A stretch of 64,000 nucleotides of DNA from Mobula hypostoma (GCF_963921235.1 NC_086097.1:62188001-62252000); one strand, 5' to 3'; positions 1 through 13,089 are shown, counted from the first letter of the stretch. Translations and numbers: made by a program. The notes: generated by a model not told the origin, from the letters alone.

Positions 1-388
1 GTCTTTGAAATTATTGGCTAGCTTACCTTCATATTTCATTTTTTTTCCCCTTATGGCTTTTTTATTTGCTTTCTTAGTTTTAAATAGCTTTCCAATCCTC
101 TAATATTCCTCCATTTCTTTCCTGTATTATATGCCCTCTTGTTTGCTGTTATGTTCTCTTTGACTTTGTCAGCTACAGTAGCCTCATCCTCCCTTTACAA
201 AACAACTTCTGCTTTGTGGTGTATCTATCCTGTGCCTTCCAAATGACTCCCAGAAACTCCAGCCACTTTCTGCTCTGCCATCATCTCTGCTAGTGTCTCC
301 TTCCAATCAGCTTTGGCCAGCCTTACTCACGCCTCAGTAATTCCTTTTATTCCACAGTAACACAGATACCTCTGACTTTCTTTCCTTC

Positions 389-1380
389 TTTTCAAATCTT
401 TTTATTGTTATATTATACAAAAGAAATAACACGAGTACATTGAAGTAACAACACTTACAATGTCTCAAAAAAGACATTATCTAAAAGATTGAAAAAAAAA
501 TTTGTGGTAACAAAAAAAACCTACTAAGCAGAAAAAGTGGGAAAAAAAAACCATTAGGTGTACAACCCCGGAGCCATGCATCATACAAAAAGCTTCTAAA
601 AATAAACATCAAACCGCCAGCAAGAAAAGAAAATATACCAAAAAATTTACAATTAGATCGTGGAATAAATCTACCAATTAGCTCAAATGATAATAACGAG
701 CAAATGAGCCCCATCTTTTCACAAAATCAAATAAAGGTTCAAAGGTTTGACTTCCAATTTTCTCCAAACTAAGACATAGCATCACTTGAGAGAACCATTG
801 TGAGAAAGTGGGAGCTGATGTATCCTTCCACTTCAACAAAATGGCCCTCCTAGCTATCAATGTAACAAATGAAATAACATGTTGGTCAGACAGAGAAATA
901 CCATGAATATTTTGAGGAATTATTCCAAAAAGCACAGTTAATTTATTAGGTTGTAGATTAATTTTAAGTGCTTTAGAAATTGTTGAAGAAACTGACTTCC
1001 AGAACTGTTCCAATATAGAACTAGACCAAAACATGTGTGTCAGTATAGCTATCTCAGTTTTACATCTATCACAATAACTATCAACATTAGAAAATATTTT
1101 AGAAAGTCTCTGCTTCGTCAAATGATAACGATGTACAATTTTAAATTGAATCATTGAATGGCTAGCACAAATTGAAGAAGAGTTAACCAACTTCAAAATG
1201 TACGTCCAATCCTCTGTCATAAAACTCAAATTGGGTTCCTTTTCCCAATCCTGTTTAATCTTAGATAAAGGATGCTTATCCCATTGTAATAATAAATTAT
1301 AAATTCTTCCAATAGAATCCTCGATCGAAGGATTCATACTCATAACAGGTCAGCCTCCAATATGTAAGGAATGACTATAT
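389..1380 (-). mobile_element. 5'-truncated L1-clade LINE (ORF2 C-terminus and 3' UTR)
   Basis: ORF 678-1343 has the L1 C-terminal signature FKIVHRYHLT...CDRC...HMFWS...FW...ARRAILLKWK. AATAAA on the minus strand at 401-406 is followed by a short A tail. Confidence 0.85.
678..1343 (-). pseudogene. L1 ORF2 C-terminal fragment (CCHC zinc-knuckle region; last Cys replaced by Ser)
   Basis: Translated motifs CDRCKTEIAILTHMFWSS and WKDTSAPTFSQW. Confidence 0.8.
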
Positions 1381-1739
1381 CTACTCCTTCTCAAACTGCA
1401 GGGTGAATTCTATCATCTTATGACCAATGCCTCCTAAGATCTCCTTTACATTAAGCTAAATAATTAAATGTGGTTGATCACACAGCCCCCAGTCCAGAAT
1501 TGCCTTGCCACTCAAACACAGCTAGTCTAAAAAGCCATCTTTTAGACATTCTACAGATTCTTCTCTTGGCATCCAGCATCAGACTGATTTTTTTTCCCAA
1601 TCTACCTGCACATTGAAATCCCTCAAAACAATCATAACATTACCCTTCTTTCATGGCTTTTCTATCTCTCTCTAATTTGTACTCCACATCCTGGCTACTG
1701 TTCAGACCTTTCAGGGTCTTTTTATACTGTTGGCAATAC

Positions 1740-2180
1740 ATAGAAAATGCTGGATAAACTCAGAAGGTCATACAGTATCCATTGAAAAGAACTGTCACTG
1801 GGCTGAGACCTTCATCAGGACTGGACAGGAAGGCAGAATAAAAAGGTGGGGGAAGGGGAGGATGATAGGTAGGTGATAGATAAATCCAGGCAGATGCAAA
1901 AGGCAAAGGGCTGTAGGGGAAGGGATTGGGCAGGAGAGGAGAGTGGACCATGGGGGAAAGGGAAGGAGGAGGGGCAGCAGGGGAAGGAGACAGGCAGGTG
2001 AGGAGAGGCAAGATGCCAGAGTGAGAAGTAGAAGAAGAGGGGAGAGGGAGGGAAGATTTTTTCTGGAAGGAGAAATCAACATTCATGCCATCAGGTTGGA
2101 GGCTACCCAGTCAGAATATAAGATGATACTCCTCCACCCTGAGGGTGGCCTCCTCAGGGCACAAGAGGACCAACAGGTTG
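1740..2180 (-). mobile_element. Older Penelope-like 3' fragment (GIY-YIG end and pLTR with decayed hammerhead)
   Basis: The minus strand reads LGSLQPDGMNVDF, matching the C-terminus of the 38340-38862 ORF. It also carries agtcCTGATGAaggtctcagccc at about 1800-1822. Confidence 0.7.
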
Positions 2181-2740
2181 ACATGTTTTTACTCTTGCAG
2201 GATTCTACACCTTCCAATTCTGTCACCCCTTTCTAAGGATTTGGTTTAAATTATTACCAACAAAACCATCCCAACTCCTCTGCCTACCTGTCTGTCCTTT
2301 CAATACAATGTGTATCCTTGGATGTTGAACACACAACTATGATCTTCCTTCAACTATGACTCAGTGATGCCTATAATGTCATACCTGCCAATCTCTAACT
2401 GCATTACAAGATCATCCACCTTATTCTATGTGCATTTAAATACAACACCTTCAGTCTTTTTTTTAAATCACCCTTTTTGACTTTGCCTCCATGTTACTCT
2501 TCAGCTCATTCCGTTGCAATTTTGCCTGTCATCTGCCTGTCTTTCCTCAACATCTCACTTCAAACTGCATGTGCCCCATCCTCAGTGCCAAATTAGCTTA
2601 AATACTCCCCAACAGCTCTGGAAAACATGTCCACAAGGACATTGGTGCCCCTCAAGTTCAGGTGTAACCTGTCCTTTTTGTACATAACATACCTTCCCCA
2701 GAAGAGATCCCAATGAGTCAGAAATCTGAAACCCTGTTCT

Positions 2741-2940
2741 TTTATACTTTATATTTTATTGTCGCCAAACAATTGGTACTAGAACGTACAATCATTACAG
2801 CAATATTTGGTTCTGCGCTCCACACTCATTGGATTACAAATATTAAATATTAAAAATAGTTAAAATTGGTAAATATTAAAAATTTAAATTATAAATCATA
2901 AATAGAAAATAGAAAAATGGGTAGTAAGGTAGTGCAAAAT
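2741..2940 (-). mobile_element. Rex1/Babar 3' UTR fragment, same family as 30984-33851
   Basis: Closely similar to 30984-31175 (tggtactagaacg...ggattacaaatattaaatattaaaaa...gtagtgcaaaa). Confidence 0.8.
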
Positions 2941-3799
2941 TCACCCTCCTCCTTCAAAATGCCATGGACCGGATCTGAGACATCCCTGACCCCAGCACCT
3001 GGGAGACAGCATATCATCCGGGTGTCTCTTTCACATCCACAGAATCTACTGTCTGCTCATCTAACTGTGGAATCCCCTTTAACTACTGGATTTCTCTTCT
3101 CCCCTCTTCCCTTCTGAGCTTCAGAGCCAGACACAGTGCCAGTGACCCTCTCACTGTGGCTTCCTCCTGACAGGACAGCCCTCCCCAACAGAATCCAAAA
3201 TGGTATTCTTATTATCAAAGGGAATGGCCTTATGGGTACTCTGCACTGGCTGCCTATTCCCTTTCCCTCTCCTGATAATCACTCAACTACCAGCCTCCTG
3301 TAACTTTGGCGCGACAACCTCGATGTAGCTCCTGTCTGTCACCTCCACATTTTCCCACGCGAGCCAAAGGTCATCGATCTGCAGCTCCAGTTCCTTAATA
3401 CAGTCTCTAAGGAACTGCAGCTCCCGTGTCCATTTCCCTCAATAGTAAGTATATCACGTGGATACTGTTGGTGGAGGGCAACAATTTACCGGGGGAAACT
3501 GCAGCGACTGGGGTCTCTGGCACTTCTTCATGCTGGTGCAGTTATCAGGGAGACTGGAGGTTCCCATGTCTTATATGAAAAACATACCACTAACCCTGGG
3601 TCCATTCTCGACACACCAGCTATGTACTTATAAATAAAGAAAGAGAAAAAATCCTTCTGGAAACTGTTTATTTTGCTTGTTTTGGGTAATGGTTATATTA
3701 CAGGATATGTCCAGTAAAATAAGCACTGATTGCAAAGTGAGTTGCAATCCCAAAATGGCAGGGGATGAATTGAGATTCAAGATATGAACCAAACTGGGA

Positions 3800-3950
3800 G
3801 GCACCTTGATGCCACAAGTACAGCTGTTACCTCACAGCTTCAGTGATCTGAGTTCATTCCTGACCTTGGCCGCTGTCTTTGTGGAGTTTACCATTCTTCC
3901 TGTGACAACACGGGCTTTCCCAAAGTTCTTCCCAACGTATGAAAAGTCTT
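3800..3950 (+). mobile_element. Degenerate tRNA-derived V-SINE
   Basis: B-box-like gagttcattcc followed by gtggagtttaccattcttcctgtgac...gggctttcc, matching the clearer copy at 44573. Confidence 0.5.
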
Positions 3951-4354
3951 AACTTTAAACATTGTCTGGCCATTTCCCTCCAATGATGCTGTCTGACCTG
4001 CTGAGTTCCTCCTGTTTTTTGTGTGTAGCTCAAAGTACCATAAGACCTGTTTATGAGCTGTTTTACTCCGACTATAATACCTGGAACTTTAAAAAGAGTC
4101 TTAGTCTGGCATTATTTAAACACAAAGTAAGTGAACACTTAGCAAGAGGTAAAATTGCATTGAGGTGCAGATCATCTTAAGAAGAAGCAAATCCTGTATC
4201 TAGCTGGTAGGATTTAAATTCATGTTTTTGCTATCATGTCCACAACGATGAACATCAGATTTAGACTCTGTTTATGTCAGACAATTTTGCCACAAGTCTT
4301 CTACTTTTAGAAATTGAATTGAAAAAGACAAGCTATATGTGAGCTAAGAACTAG

Positions 4355-4920
4355 GCATAGTGGCACAGTAGTTTGTACAGCTGCTTCACAGTTCCATCTA
4401 CCTAGATTCAACCTTGACCTGCAGAGCTATCTGTGTGTGATTCACGTTCTCCCTGTGCGTACTAGGTTCCTCGCAGGTCCCAAAGAGGTGCCAGTTGGTA
4501 TGTTAATTCATCTCTGCAAATTGTCCGTGGTGAGGGTAGTTAGCAGCAAAATCTGTGGAGTACTGCGGGCACGCCTAATAGCAACACACATCAAAGTTGC
4601 TGGTGAACGCAGCAGGCCAGGCAGCATCTCTAGGAAGAGGTACAGTCGACGTTTTGGGCAAAGACCCTTCGTCCCAATGAGATGAAGAGTCTCGGCCTGA
4701 AACGTTGACTGTAGCTCTTCCTAGAGATGCTGCCTGGCCTGCTGCGTTCACCAGCAACTTTGATGTGTGTTGCTTGAATTTCCAGCATCTGCAGAATTCC
4801 TCGTGTTTACATCTAATAGCAAACAGGTTGCAGGGTGGTTGAGGAGTAGGACTATATAGACTGATGAGTTTGCCCTGAGAGCCAGCACAGATTTGCTTAG
4901 CTGAATGATAATGGTGCCAT
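4355..4920 (+). mobile_element. tRNA-derived V-SINE interrupted by a palindromic Penelope insertion
   Basis: A-box tggcacagtag and B-box-like gattcaacc, followed by a partial V domain (ttctccctgtg...cccaaaga). Confidence 0.55.
4583..4812. mobile_element. Palindromic, highly truncated Penelope insertion (two inverted pLTR ends)
   Basis: 4581-4673 is the reverse complement of 4681-4773, with spacer ccaatga. The right arm has a ~40-nt extension. Direct repeat ctaatagc at 4575-4582 and 4813-4820. Confidence 0.85.
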
Positions 4921-4989
4921 AAGTAAATGTGTAAGGCACATCATCTCTACTTTCTTATAAGTTTGTGTAAGTTCAGCAATTCACAACAA

Positions 4990-5592
4990 CTTTGACAAAC
5001 CTCTGTAGGTGCACAGTGGAGTAGACACCACCTGGATGGATCACGGCCTGGGATGAAAAGGCCAACACCAGGAATGGAAAAGGCTGCAGAAAGTGGTGAA
5101 TATAGCTCAGACCATCACAGGCAAAGCCCTTCCCAGATTACAGTACAGCTGCATGGAGCACTGCCACAAGTAAGCAGCACTCATCATCGAAGGCCCACTC
5201 CCAACCCCCCACCACCCATCCTCTTGCTACTACTATCAGATCGGATGTGCAGAAGCCTTAGGTCCCACACTGTTAAGTTCAAGAACAGTTATACTCTACA
5301 ACCATCAGATTCCTGAACGGGTGTGGATAGCTTCATTCACCACTGCTCTGAACTGATTCTACAACCTGCAGACTCACTTTCAAAGATTCTTTATAATTTA
5401 TGTTCTTAGTTTTACTTTTATTTTCACAGTTTGCCTTTTGCGCATTGGTTGTTTATCAGTCCTTATCTGTTTACGTGTCAATTAAAACAAATCTATTATG
5501 TTTCTTTTATTCTTGCAATTGCCTGCAAGGAAATTAATCTCGAAGTAGCGTATGGTAACATTCGTATCTTAATAATACATTTACTTTGAACT
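4990..5592 (+). mobile_element. Rex1/Babar 3' fragment
   Basis: RSLRSHTVKFKNSY-type ORF end, a 3' UTR shared with other Rex1 copies, and a tactttgaacttcgaa tail. Confidence 0.7.
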
Positions 5593-6771
5593 TCGAAGAC
5601 AAATATGCAGAAAAAAATATTCTGGAATGTAAGGCATTTCAATGTTGCTTTGTTTTTAGGTACAAAAAGTTGCATTAGGAACAAACACAGCAAATTCCCA
5701 ACTGTTAGTCAAGATACTACAGCATTTATATTACAATCAATTCTGTCATCTATAGATTGATAACATCTTTACTATTTGTTTCCTCAAAATGTTTTATCTA
5801 GTAAGTGCTTAATTAGACCATGTGCAGTATATCTGTAATAGAAACAGCTGTGAACACTCAGCGGGTCAGGCAGTATTTACGGAAGGAGAAACAGAACTCT
5901 GGTTAAAAGATTCATAGAAAAATCTGAAAAATGAAATTCAAACTGGATTATTTATTTCATTCTACAGGTGCCGATTGACCAGAGGAGAGATTCCAGGGTT
6001 TCTATTTTTGCTTCAGATTTCCAGTTGTTTTACGTGACCAGTGTAACAATGTACGTTCGCTTCTCTGTTACTGGAGGGTTAAGCAGGACACAGAGATATA
6101 AAAATATTACATAGAAATAGAACTTAGAGTTTACCATCTATTATAAAACCCACAAGTGTGTTGCATCAATGTAAACAATAATGTAAAAAATACTCAGCAA
6201 TGAATGCTTTAGTAAGTGATTGAAAGAAGATTGAAAGATTACAAATTCTGAGGAATAAACAATTAAGTAATGCATACGTGACCTGGTGAAGCAGCACAAG
6301 TCACAAGGATGTCAGATCCAATCATTCGGGCCTGTTTCAATAATGGAAAATATCCTGCTATATATTTAGAACAAGGAGCCAAAGAAGATCAGCAGAGTGA
6401 TAGAAAGCAAAACAGCTGGGTGAAGCAGCCAGACCAGTGAGGAACCAGCTACCACTGAGTAAATCTGCTCAGGTCTATTATCGCTGCTGAGCTGAGGAAC
6501 AAGAAGCTCATCTCAATGGCAAGTTACAACACTCCATGCCTTTAATAATGAAATTGATGTTCAGCATAATTTTGATATTTTTTAAATCACGTTTTGTTGT
6601 CATGCACTGTTGAGGTATCATTATCTAAGAGTAACAAAAAGTAAGGACATATTCTAGCACATCTTGCACATTTAATATTATGGCTCTATGAAGTTCTATC
6701 CTGTAACTTCCTATTTTATTCTAAAAAATTACAATATTTGTGACAGCTACTTTGAAGCTATCCCTACAATT

Positions 6772-7075
6772 TCAATGCAAGAAAATATGCAGATGCTGGA
6801 AATCCAAGCAACACACATAAAGTGCTGGAGGAACTCGGCAGGCCAGCCAGTGTCTATGGAAAAGAATAAACAGTTGATATTTCAGGCCAAGACCATTCAT
6901 CAAATTGGGAAAAAAAGACCAGAAGTCAGAGCAAGAAAGTGGGGGGAATGGAGGGAAAAGATCAAGGTGGTAGGTGATTGGTGAAACCGGGAGAGGAGGA
7001 GGAGGAAGTAAAGAGTTGGGAAGTTCACTGGTAAAAGAAAAAAATGGCCAGAGAAGGGGAGATCTGATAGGAGAG
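6772..7075 (-). mobile_element. Older Penelope-derived pLTR fragment with decayed hammerhead
   Basis: The minus strand reads tttgatgaatggtcttggcctgaaatatcaactg...tgtgtgttgcttggatttccagcatctgca. Confidence 0.65.
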
Positions 7076-7287
7076 GGTAACAAGGTCAACTTTGGTTTCT
7101 TGAGGATGTTAAGTACCATAAAGCCCAGTGAAGCAGTTAACTGGGATTGTGGCACAAGCAATTAAAATTATTGAGCTCTGAATGCAAAATACTGCGGTTA
7201 CTGGAAATCTGAAATTAAAAAAGTACATCCTTGTCAACTGCTGTCAGTACTTTGTGTTTATAACCGATGAGCTCCTTGAAACAGAAG

Positions 7288-7718
7288 AACCTGATGGCAT
7301 GAACATTAACTTCTCTAACTTCCATTAATGCCCCACCTTCCCTTCATACCCCATCCATTATTTATTTATTATTATTGTATATTTTTTTCTCTCTCTCTTT
7401 TTCTCCCTCTGTCCCTCTCACTATACCCCTTGCCCATCCTCTGGGTTTCCCTCCTCCTTCTTTCTTTCTCCCTAGGCCTCCTGTCCCATGATCCTCTCAT
7501 ATCCCTTTTGCCAATCACCTGTCCAGCTCTTGTCTCCATCCCTCCCCGTCCTGTCTTCTCCTATCATTTTGGATCCCCCCCTCCCACTTTCAAATCTCTT
7601 ACTAACTCTTCCTTCAGTTGGTCCTGATGAAGGGTCTCAGCCTGAAACATCGACTGTACCTCTTCCTAGAGATGCTTGCTGCTGGCCTGCTGCGTTCACC
7701 AGCAATTTTATGTGTGTT
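7288..7718 (+). mobile_element. Penelope (Neptune-type) 3' end/pLTR, 5'-truncated
   Basis: Highly similar to 38822-39213 and ends at the same ...tgtgtgtt terminus. Confidence 0.85.
7620..7655 (+). ncRNA. Minimal type I hammerhead ribozyme motif (stem III mutated)
   Basis: ggtc CTGATGA a gggt ctca gcct GAAA ca TC gact. Stem I ggtc/gact; the ACGT palindrome has become ACAT. Confidence 0.6.
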
Positions 7719-7979
7719 GTTTATTAGTGTAATCCTTATTATTATTCTATCTCATGCCAGCTCATTTTTCCTTCAATATTTCCACAAACTTTCAAAGACA
7801 TTTTGTCAACTTGGTTTTTTCAGCTTAAATTTCAATTTCATAATGTTATGGTTTGTTTATGACCTTTTATTTGTTTTTTTCTACTTATCTACAATTTTGT
7901 GGAATTTCATTAATTTCATTGGGATCCACTGTTGATCTAATTACAGTAAATTTCGCAAGTCGAAATAAATGAGGTGCTA

Positions 7980-8016
7980 AACACAAGGTATTCCACAGAT
8001 GCTGGAAACCTAGAGC

Positions 8017-8050
<34 letters not shown>

Positions 8051-8155
8051 TACACACACACACACTGCTGGAGGAACTCAGCAGGTGAAGCAGCATCTAT
8101 GGAAATGAATAATCAGTTGTTGTTTCAGTTCAAGATCCTTCATCCGGACTGGATA
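7980..8155 (-). mobile_element. Older Penelope-derived pLTR end containing a (CA)n expansion
   Basis: cagatgctggaaa...gcaacacac(ac)n...gctggaggaactcagcagg...tgtttcagttcaagatccttcatccggactgg; (CA)n at 8019-8064. Confidence 0.6.
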
Positions 8156-9354
8156 GACCTGGTGGCTGATCTCAGCCCAGAATGTTTCCACAGGTGCCTG
8201 TTGAGTTTCTCCGAAATTTGTCTGTGTTGCCATAAATTAGATGTTAACTGCTTTTGCATAACTTTGCCCATTTTTCAATGTTGATATGATTTCAATAGGA
8301 AAGTACTCCCAAACTATTTTTTCTTTGATGCATTTGACACATTTATCACAGTGTGCTGTTCGTTCACCATTTATGATGCTACTTCCACTCTGCTCCCAAG
8401 CTGCTTACTCATACTATAAAAAATAAATGAAACATTAAGATTTTCTAAGATTTTTTATCAACTACTTTTTCTATTTTTAGACAACTTTTCCTTACCTGTC
8501 AAACAAGGTAACACTTCAAATCCAGATATAAGTAATGCAGTGGAGTGTGAAAAGCGCAAATAGGGATACAGAGAAGTAACAGAAACTCTGACTTGTGCTT
8601 AATGATAGCTGGAAAAATATAAATTTATCCTCCAATATTATTTTTGAATTAGTAACGTCAAACAAAATATAGGATCAATTTTTATCTCCAATCTTCTTCA
8701 CTTCTTGGGAGGAACAATGCGGCAGCTACATATGAATTAGTGGGTCTCACATCCAACATGATCTCATCAAATCCAGTGTTCCCTACAAAGTATGCTTCTG
8801 ATGCCCCTAATCAATGCAAAGGAAGTACTGAATAAATGTGTTTATTAGAGTCATATGTCTATTGCAAAGCTCTGTCACAATTTCTTTGAGAAGTGAATAG
8901 TTGAAAGACTGGAGAAAGCACTACTCTGGTATGGAGAACCCTAACACTCCATAAGGATAGAAGATGTTTTTCCATAAATAAATGACATTTTATTTTTGGG
9001 ACCACTGCATAACAAAATAATACATCCCACAAAATTCCTTCAGTTTGCTTCAACTATATGGCAAAATAGCAATGCATTCCGAGCAACAGGGTAGTTGGGC
9101 TACTGGAATCAGGCAGATAATATAATTTCAGCAACCAGCCCTATTCCAGTCACTACAACTAAATGAAATTAATTCCACTGACTAAAACAACCCTCCATTC
9201 TGCAATCAATGAAATCAAAATATTATGTATAAAGCTATGTGTCAATTGTACACTTCATCTCATAAGAAGCCTTTGCTAAGTGTATTTCATAAACAATATT
9301 TTACAAATTAAATTTACACCAGAAAGCTACCTAACATGAATTAAATAATTTAAA

Positions 9355-11620
9355 TTGGGAAGGTCTGATCACAACCTGGTGCATCTAACACCCAGCTACG
9401 TGCCTCTGGTGAAGAGTAAACCTGCAACCTCGAGGACAGTGAGGAAATGGTTTGAGGAGGCTTATGAGGTGCTCCAGGGTTGTTTTGAGGTGACAGACTG
9501 GCAGGCACTCTGTGAGCTACATGGAGAGGATATTGATGGGCTCACAGAGTGCATCACTGATTACATCAACTTCTGTGTGGACTGCAATGTTCCAACAAGA
9601 ACTGTCCTTTGTTATTCAAATAACAAGCCATGGGTAACAAAGGACATTAAGGACATCCTGAATGCTAAAAAGAGGGTGTTTAGAGATGGAAATAGGGAGG
9701 AGCTGAGGGCAATACAGAGGGACCTGAAAGCCAGGATCAGGAAGGCTAAAGACAGGTACAGGAGGAAGCTTGAGTGGAAACTCCAGCAGAACAACATGAG
9801 AGAGGTCTGGAGTGGGATGAGGACCATCACTGGGTTCCGGCAAACTAGCAACAGAGGAGCTGAGGGCAGTGTGGACAGGGCCAACGAACTTAACCTGTTC
9901 TTTAACAGATTTGACATTGTGACCCCTGCCCAACCCCCACATGATTCATCTGTTGTCGGCCCCCAACCAACACATATTCCACTCTCCCCTACTACCCCTC
10001 CTCACAGTCCCCCACCCTGCTCTCATAACTATACCCCTTCCCCACATGAAACCAGCACGGTGGGTTTCACAGCTGAACAGGTGAGAAGACAGCTGAAACG
10101 TCTCAACCCAAGCAAGGACCAGATGGTGTCAGTACCAAGGTGATCAAAGTCTGTGCCCCTCAGCTATGTGGAGTACTTCACCATGTCTTCAACTGGAGTC
10201 TGAGGCTCCGGAGGGTTCCTGTACTGTGGAAGACGTCCTGCCTCATCCCTGTGCCGAAGGTGCCGCGCCCCAGCAGCCTCAATGAATACAGACCGGTGGC
10301 ATTGACCTCCCATATCATGAAGACCCTGGAGAGACTTGTTCTGGAGCTGCTCCGGCCTATGGTCAGGCCACACTTAGATCCCCTCCAGTTTGCCTACCAG
10401 CCCCGACTTGGCGTTGAGGATGCCATCGTCTACCTGCTGAACCATGTCTACGCCCACCTGGACAAGCAAGCGAGCACTGTGAGGGTCATGATTTTTGACT
10501 TCTCCAGTGCATTCAACACTATCCGCCCTGCTCTGCTGGGGGAGAAGCTGACAGTGATGCAGGTAGATGCTTTCCTGGTGTCATGGATTCTTGATTACCT
10601 GACTGGCAGACCACAGTGCATGTGCTTGCAACACTGTGTGTCCGACAGAGTGTGCAATCAGCAGCACTGGGGCTCCACAGGGGACTGTCTTGTCTCCCTT
10701 TCTCTTTACCGTTTACACCTCGGACTTCAATTACTGCACAGAGTCTTGTCATCTTCAGAAGTTTTCGGATGACTCTGCCATAGTTGGATGCATCAGCAAG
10801 GGAGATGAGGCTGAGTACAGGGCTACAGCAGGAAACTTTGTCACATGGTGTGAGCAGAATTATCTGCAGCTTAATGTGAAAAAGACTAAGGAGCTGGTGG
10901 TAGACCTGAGGAGAACTAAGGTACTGGTGACCCCTGTTTCCATCCAGGGGGTCAGTGTGGACATAGTGGAGGATTACAAATACCTGGGGATACGAATTGA
11001 CAATAAACTGGATTGGTCTAAGAACACTGAGGCAGTCTACAAGAAGGGTCAGAGCCGTCTCTATTTCCTGAGGAGACTGAGATCCTTTAACATCTGCCGG
11101 ATGATGCTGAGGATGTTCTACGAGTCTGTGATGGCCAGTGCGATCATGTTTGCTGTTGAGAGCTGGGGCAGCAGGCAGAGGGTAGCAGACACCAACAGAA
11201 TCAACAAACTCATTCGTAAGGCCAGTGATATTGTGGGGATGGAACTGGACTCTCTGACGGTGGTGTCTGAAAAGAGGATGCTGTCCAAGTTGCATGCCAT
11301 CTTGGACAATGTCTCCCATCCACTACATAATGTACTGGTTGGGCACAGGAGTACATTCAGCCAGAGACTCATTCCACCGAGATGCAACACAGAGTGTCAT
11401 AGGAAGTCATTCCTGCCTGTGGCCATCAAACTTTACAACTCCTCCCTTGGAGGGTCAGACACCCTGAACCAATAGGCTGGTCCTGGACTTATTTCCTGGC
11501 ATAATTTACATATTAATATTTAACTATTTATGGTTTTATTACTATTTAATTATTTATGGTGCAACTGTAACAAAAACGAATTTCCCCCGGGATCAATAAA
11601 GTATGACTATGACTATGACT
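9355..11620 (+). mobile_element. Rex1/Babar LINE, 5'-truncated, RT split by two frameshifts
   Basis: ORFs 9355-10143 (GRSDHN, NNKPW), 10140-~10650 (YRPVALTS, DPLQFAY, DFSSAFNTI) and 10636-11475 (GAPQGTVLSPFLF, KFSDD). Ends with AATAAA and a (GACTAT)n tail. Confidence 0.92.
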
Positions 11621-11689
11621 AAATGATGTTGAAGTGGATGCTGTTGAATAAAGCAGGAATTATTCCACCAAAAGCTGAAACCATAAGAA

Positions 11690-12155
11690 ACTGCAGAATG
11701 CTGTGGGAACACGTCAGCATATTACAGAAGTGAGCCTCCCCTCCATAGACTGTCTACACTTCTCATTGTCTCAGTAGCAACCAACATAATCAAAGACCCC
11801 AGCCACCCCAGACATTCACTCTTCTCACCCCCTGCATTGGGTAGAAGACACAAGAGCCTGAAAGCTCATATCACCAGACTATAGGACAGCTTTAATACTA
11901 TTGCTATAAGACTATTGAGTTGTCCCCTCATAGGGCAAGATGAACTCTTGATGCACAATCTACCTTATTACAGCCTTACACCTCATTGTGTACTTGCATT
12001 GCGCTTCCCTGTAACTGAAACATTTTATTGTACATTCTGTTGTTTTCCATTGCACTACCTCAAGGCACTGCTATGGTGAAATAATCTGTATGGATGATGC
12101 GTAAAACAAAAAATTTCACCATACCCTGGTTGATGTGTCAAAAATAAACCAATTT
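11690..12155 (+). mobile_element. Degenerate Rex1/Babar 3' fragment
   Basis: ataatcaaagacccc...aagagcctgaaagc...gacagcttt, the family's ORF end, followed by 3' UTR. Confidence 0.6.
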
Positions 12156-12679
12156 ACCAATTCATTTAAACTCATCAGTTTTCTTTGCAACCTGATCATT
12201 CCAGCAATTTCAGAAATATCACACCAGAGAAAATAAAGGAGACGAAAGATTGCAGATGCTGGAATCTGGAGCAAAAACAAATGCTGAAGTGGGCAATCAA
12301 CATCAACATTTCCCGTCCAGATCTGAAAGACAAAAGCATTTGATTTTCCAAGGTCCATCAATCACAATGCTGAAGCAATGAACTCTGAGTTTTATGTTTC
12401 TTTTTCAGGGAAAGATATAAATTTCCTGTGCTTATTTATCGAAATGGGCTGGATGCACCTGCCCAATATAACGGTCAGTCCAAGCCGCCTAGCTACTGGT
12501 GGAAAATAGACAGTGGAAAAGAAGTTCAATAAGGTTTCTAGCTACAAACCCCTAGACTATTGTAATGCCATTCACATGGAGTCAAAGTTTGAAATTAAAA
12601 TAAAATTGTCAAAAATCAACTTTTTTTGCCTTCAATTGAGTTGCCAAAGAGCAGCCATAATTTTATATATTTATTTTTA

Positions 12680-12915
12680 TTTAGAGATGCAGTACAGAAT
12701 AAGCCCTTCGATCTATGCCACCAACAACCTGCCAATTTAACTCTAGCCTAACTATGGGGTAATTTACCAATTTGTTACTGGCCTGTACATCTTTGGACTG
12801 TGGGAGGAAACCGGAGTACCTGGAGGAAACCCACGCACTCGTGGGGAGGACATACAAATTTCTTAGATGACACAGGGATTGAATTAATAGTGTCATGCTA
12901 ACCACTATGCCATTG
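12680..12915 (-). mobile_element. V-SINE
   Basis: The minus strand has the V-domain core gggtttcctccaggtactccggtttcctcccacagtccaaaga. Confidence 0.75.
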
Positions 12916-13089
12916 TAGATGGCGACAATTTTTTTTCTGGAATGAGTCTGATTTTTGTTGTTGGGCTGGATTGCCCCACTATATCCAATTAATGCAAGCC
13001 TGAAAATAGTGAATGGAGGCTGCAAATATTCTCTCCTCCCCTTTCATCTGCAATCCTGCATTGGGTGTTAAACATTCCTGAAGCCCTCA

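Larger units (their letters stand above)
1..3595 (-). mobile_element. Degenerate CR1-clade LINE (ORF1 and ORF2 endonuclease region), interrupted by L1, Penelope-derived and Rex1 insertions
   Basis: Similar to the minus-strand CR1 copies at 35530-37200 and 18380-20460. A GDFN-like endonuclease motif lies near 1615-1640 (-) and ORF1 zinc-finger/coiled-coil remnants at about 3300-3570. No long ORF; boundaries approximate. Confidence 0.65.

Noticed and set aside
7262..7285. ccgatgagctccttgaaac as another hammerhead
   Set aside because: The core is mutated and there is no convincing stem I or II.
10519..11319. 266-aa antisense ORF, and similar shadow ORFs over other LINEs
   Set aside because: Antisense shadow of the RT coding frame with no independent motifs.
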